Part shown: positions 62,613 to 64,000 of the stretch, piece after piece
Numbering within the stretch: position 1 is the first letter of the stretch
How the letters are laid out: every line of letters begins with the position of its first letter
Assembly (NCBI GenBank): GCA_030390025.1
Contig: CM059448.1
Span: 25,854,001 to 25,918,000, forward strand
Length of the DNA stretch: 64,000 nt
Origin: Squalus acanthias
Taxonomy: Eukaryota
Direction of reading: 5' to 3'
Position numbers and translations under genes: made by a program
Notes under the pieces: generated by a model
Databases searched by the model: none
Told to the model about the DNA's origin: nothing
What the model saw: only the letters and a program-made list of their open reading frames with translations

Positions 62613-63824
62613 AAACATTTCCAATGTCAAGAAAATGTTCATGTTAGTGAGAGTGAATGGGATCTGTACGACTAGCTAATAATCCAGTTTGCTTGGACAG
62701 AAAATCCTTTGACAACATTGCATTAACTTCTGTTCTCCATTGACATTCAGTGATGTTAGTGAAGTATTGCAGCAGCATTGTATTGCACAGGATGGTGCTG
62801 TTGGTCTATATTTCACTTGTTATGTCTGAAAGAATAGCTCATTCACCATTAAAATACTTTAGGTCAGTTTTTAAAAAAAAAGAGAAAATGCTGTAACGTT
62901 ACTGAATAACTGTAATACTTTCAGTCTGGATCAACACTACTTCTACTGGAGGCATGTTCAAATTATGGCCCATGAGCGGTAAATAGCACCCCCCTCCCTG
63001 CTCCTCATCTGCGCCAACCCCCCCCCCCCCCCCAACCCAGCAAACCCTCCTTCTGCGCCCTGCCAACCTGGCACTTGAAGCTCAGGCACTTCCTTCCTGT
63101 TGGTGTTTCAGTTTTTTTTCCTTTTTTTTTAGAATCTTGGATGTTACAGCACAGCAACAGATCATCTGGTCTGTGTTGGTGTTTTTCACCACCCCTAATC
63201 TAATCATGCTCCCCTGCTCACTCTCCATGCCCTGTAATATTTCTCTTTTTCAAGTAACTATCTAATTTTTGAAAAGACTAACCACCCTCCGTAAAGATTA
63301 TTTTTTCTAACCTCCCCCTTAATTGTTTTTGTGATCATCTTAAATTTGTGTCCTCTCATTACTGTCTTGCCCACCAGTGGAAACAATCTATAACCACTTA
63401 CCCTATCCTCACTCTTCATGATTCTGGCGACCTTTATCCTGCACAGTCAACGTTAACTTTTCCGCAGCATCAGAATTTGCAAAGCGGTTTGTAGGTTACT
63501 GAGGGTATGACCGACATGGCTGTATATTTCTGCATAACGTGGACAAACATTGCTGTGCAGCCCGCACTTGTGGGTAAAAGGCAGTGAGCTGAGATAGAAA
63601 ATACAACTGGGCATTGGAACATTTGGTGGTGATGTGGCAGTGGTGCCTTCTACTCCTGTACTTTGCTGACACTCAGAACCAGATAAAGATCAGGAGCTCA
63701 ACATAATGAATTGCTTTGAAACTCATTTATGTGTAGGCAATTTTATTGAAGAAGCAATGAAGGTGACCGCTGAGACTGGTGGTTCCTTTTTCCTGTTATT
63801 TGTTCCCGTGTTGTATGCGACACT

Positions 63825-64000
63825 GGCAAGGCCACATTTATTGTCCATTCCTCGTTGACCTGTGAAGGTAGTGGTGGGTCTTCTTGAACCGCTACAGTCT
63901 TTGTGGCGATTGTCCTCCCACAATGGTGTTTGATGGGGAATTGGGAATTCCAGGATATTCACCTTGTGACGATGAAGGAATAATGATATATGTCCAAGTC
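63825..64000 (-). mobile_element. Probable LINE (CR1-like clade) 3' region running off the window
   Basis: ATTTATTGTCCATTCC...CTTCTTGAACCGCT...GAATTCCAGGA..GACGATGAAGGAA resembles a common elasmobranch LINE end; recognised from memory only. Confidence 0.45.

Overview
Eukaryotic vertebrate genomic DNA. The repeat content (SacSINE1/DeuSINE-like SINEs, several CR1 LINE subfamilies, L2 tails, Penelope ends, GC-rich MITEs) points to a cartilaginous fish, probably a shark. The whole window appears to lie inside the AUTS2 gene on the + strand. I could place 11 coding exons, equivalent to human exons 7-17, between 11966 and 59722. All have GT-AG boundaries and compatible phases, and they splice into a 1686-nt open frame carrying the PPPY motif, the HX repeat and the AUTS2-family core. 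Exon numbers and human comparisons are from memory of the human protein, not from a search. The introns are full of retroelements, including a young CR1 with a long open ORF2, a nested CR1 stack, a decayed Gypsy internal region and a HARBI1-like relic. Most interesting observations: (1) a candidate 60-nt poison exon in intron 10, in a repeat-free block that also holds a perfect RFX X-box and RBFOX motifs; (2) a ~350-bp intronic segment duplicated 45 kb away and sitting between CR1 tail repeats, which looks like a CR1 3' transduction or template switch; (3) a minimal hammerhead ribozyme in a Penelope-like end; (4) conserved alternative donor/acceptor and short-isoform start-codon architecture. 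Most ORFs in the supplied track are spurious or transposon-derived.
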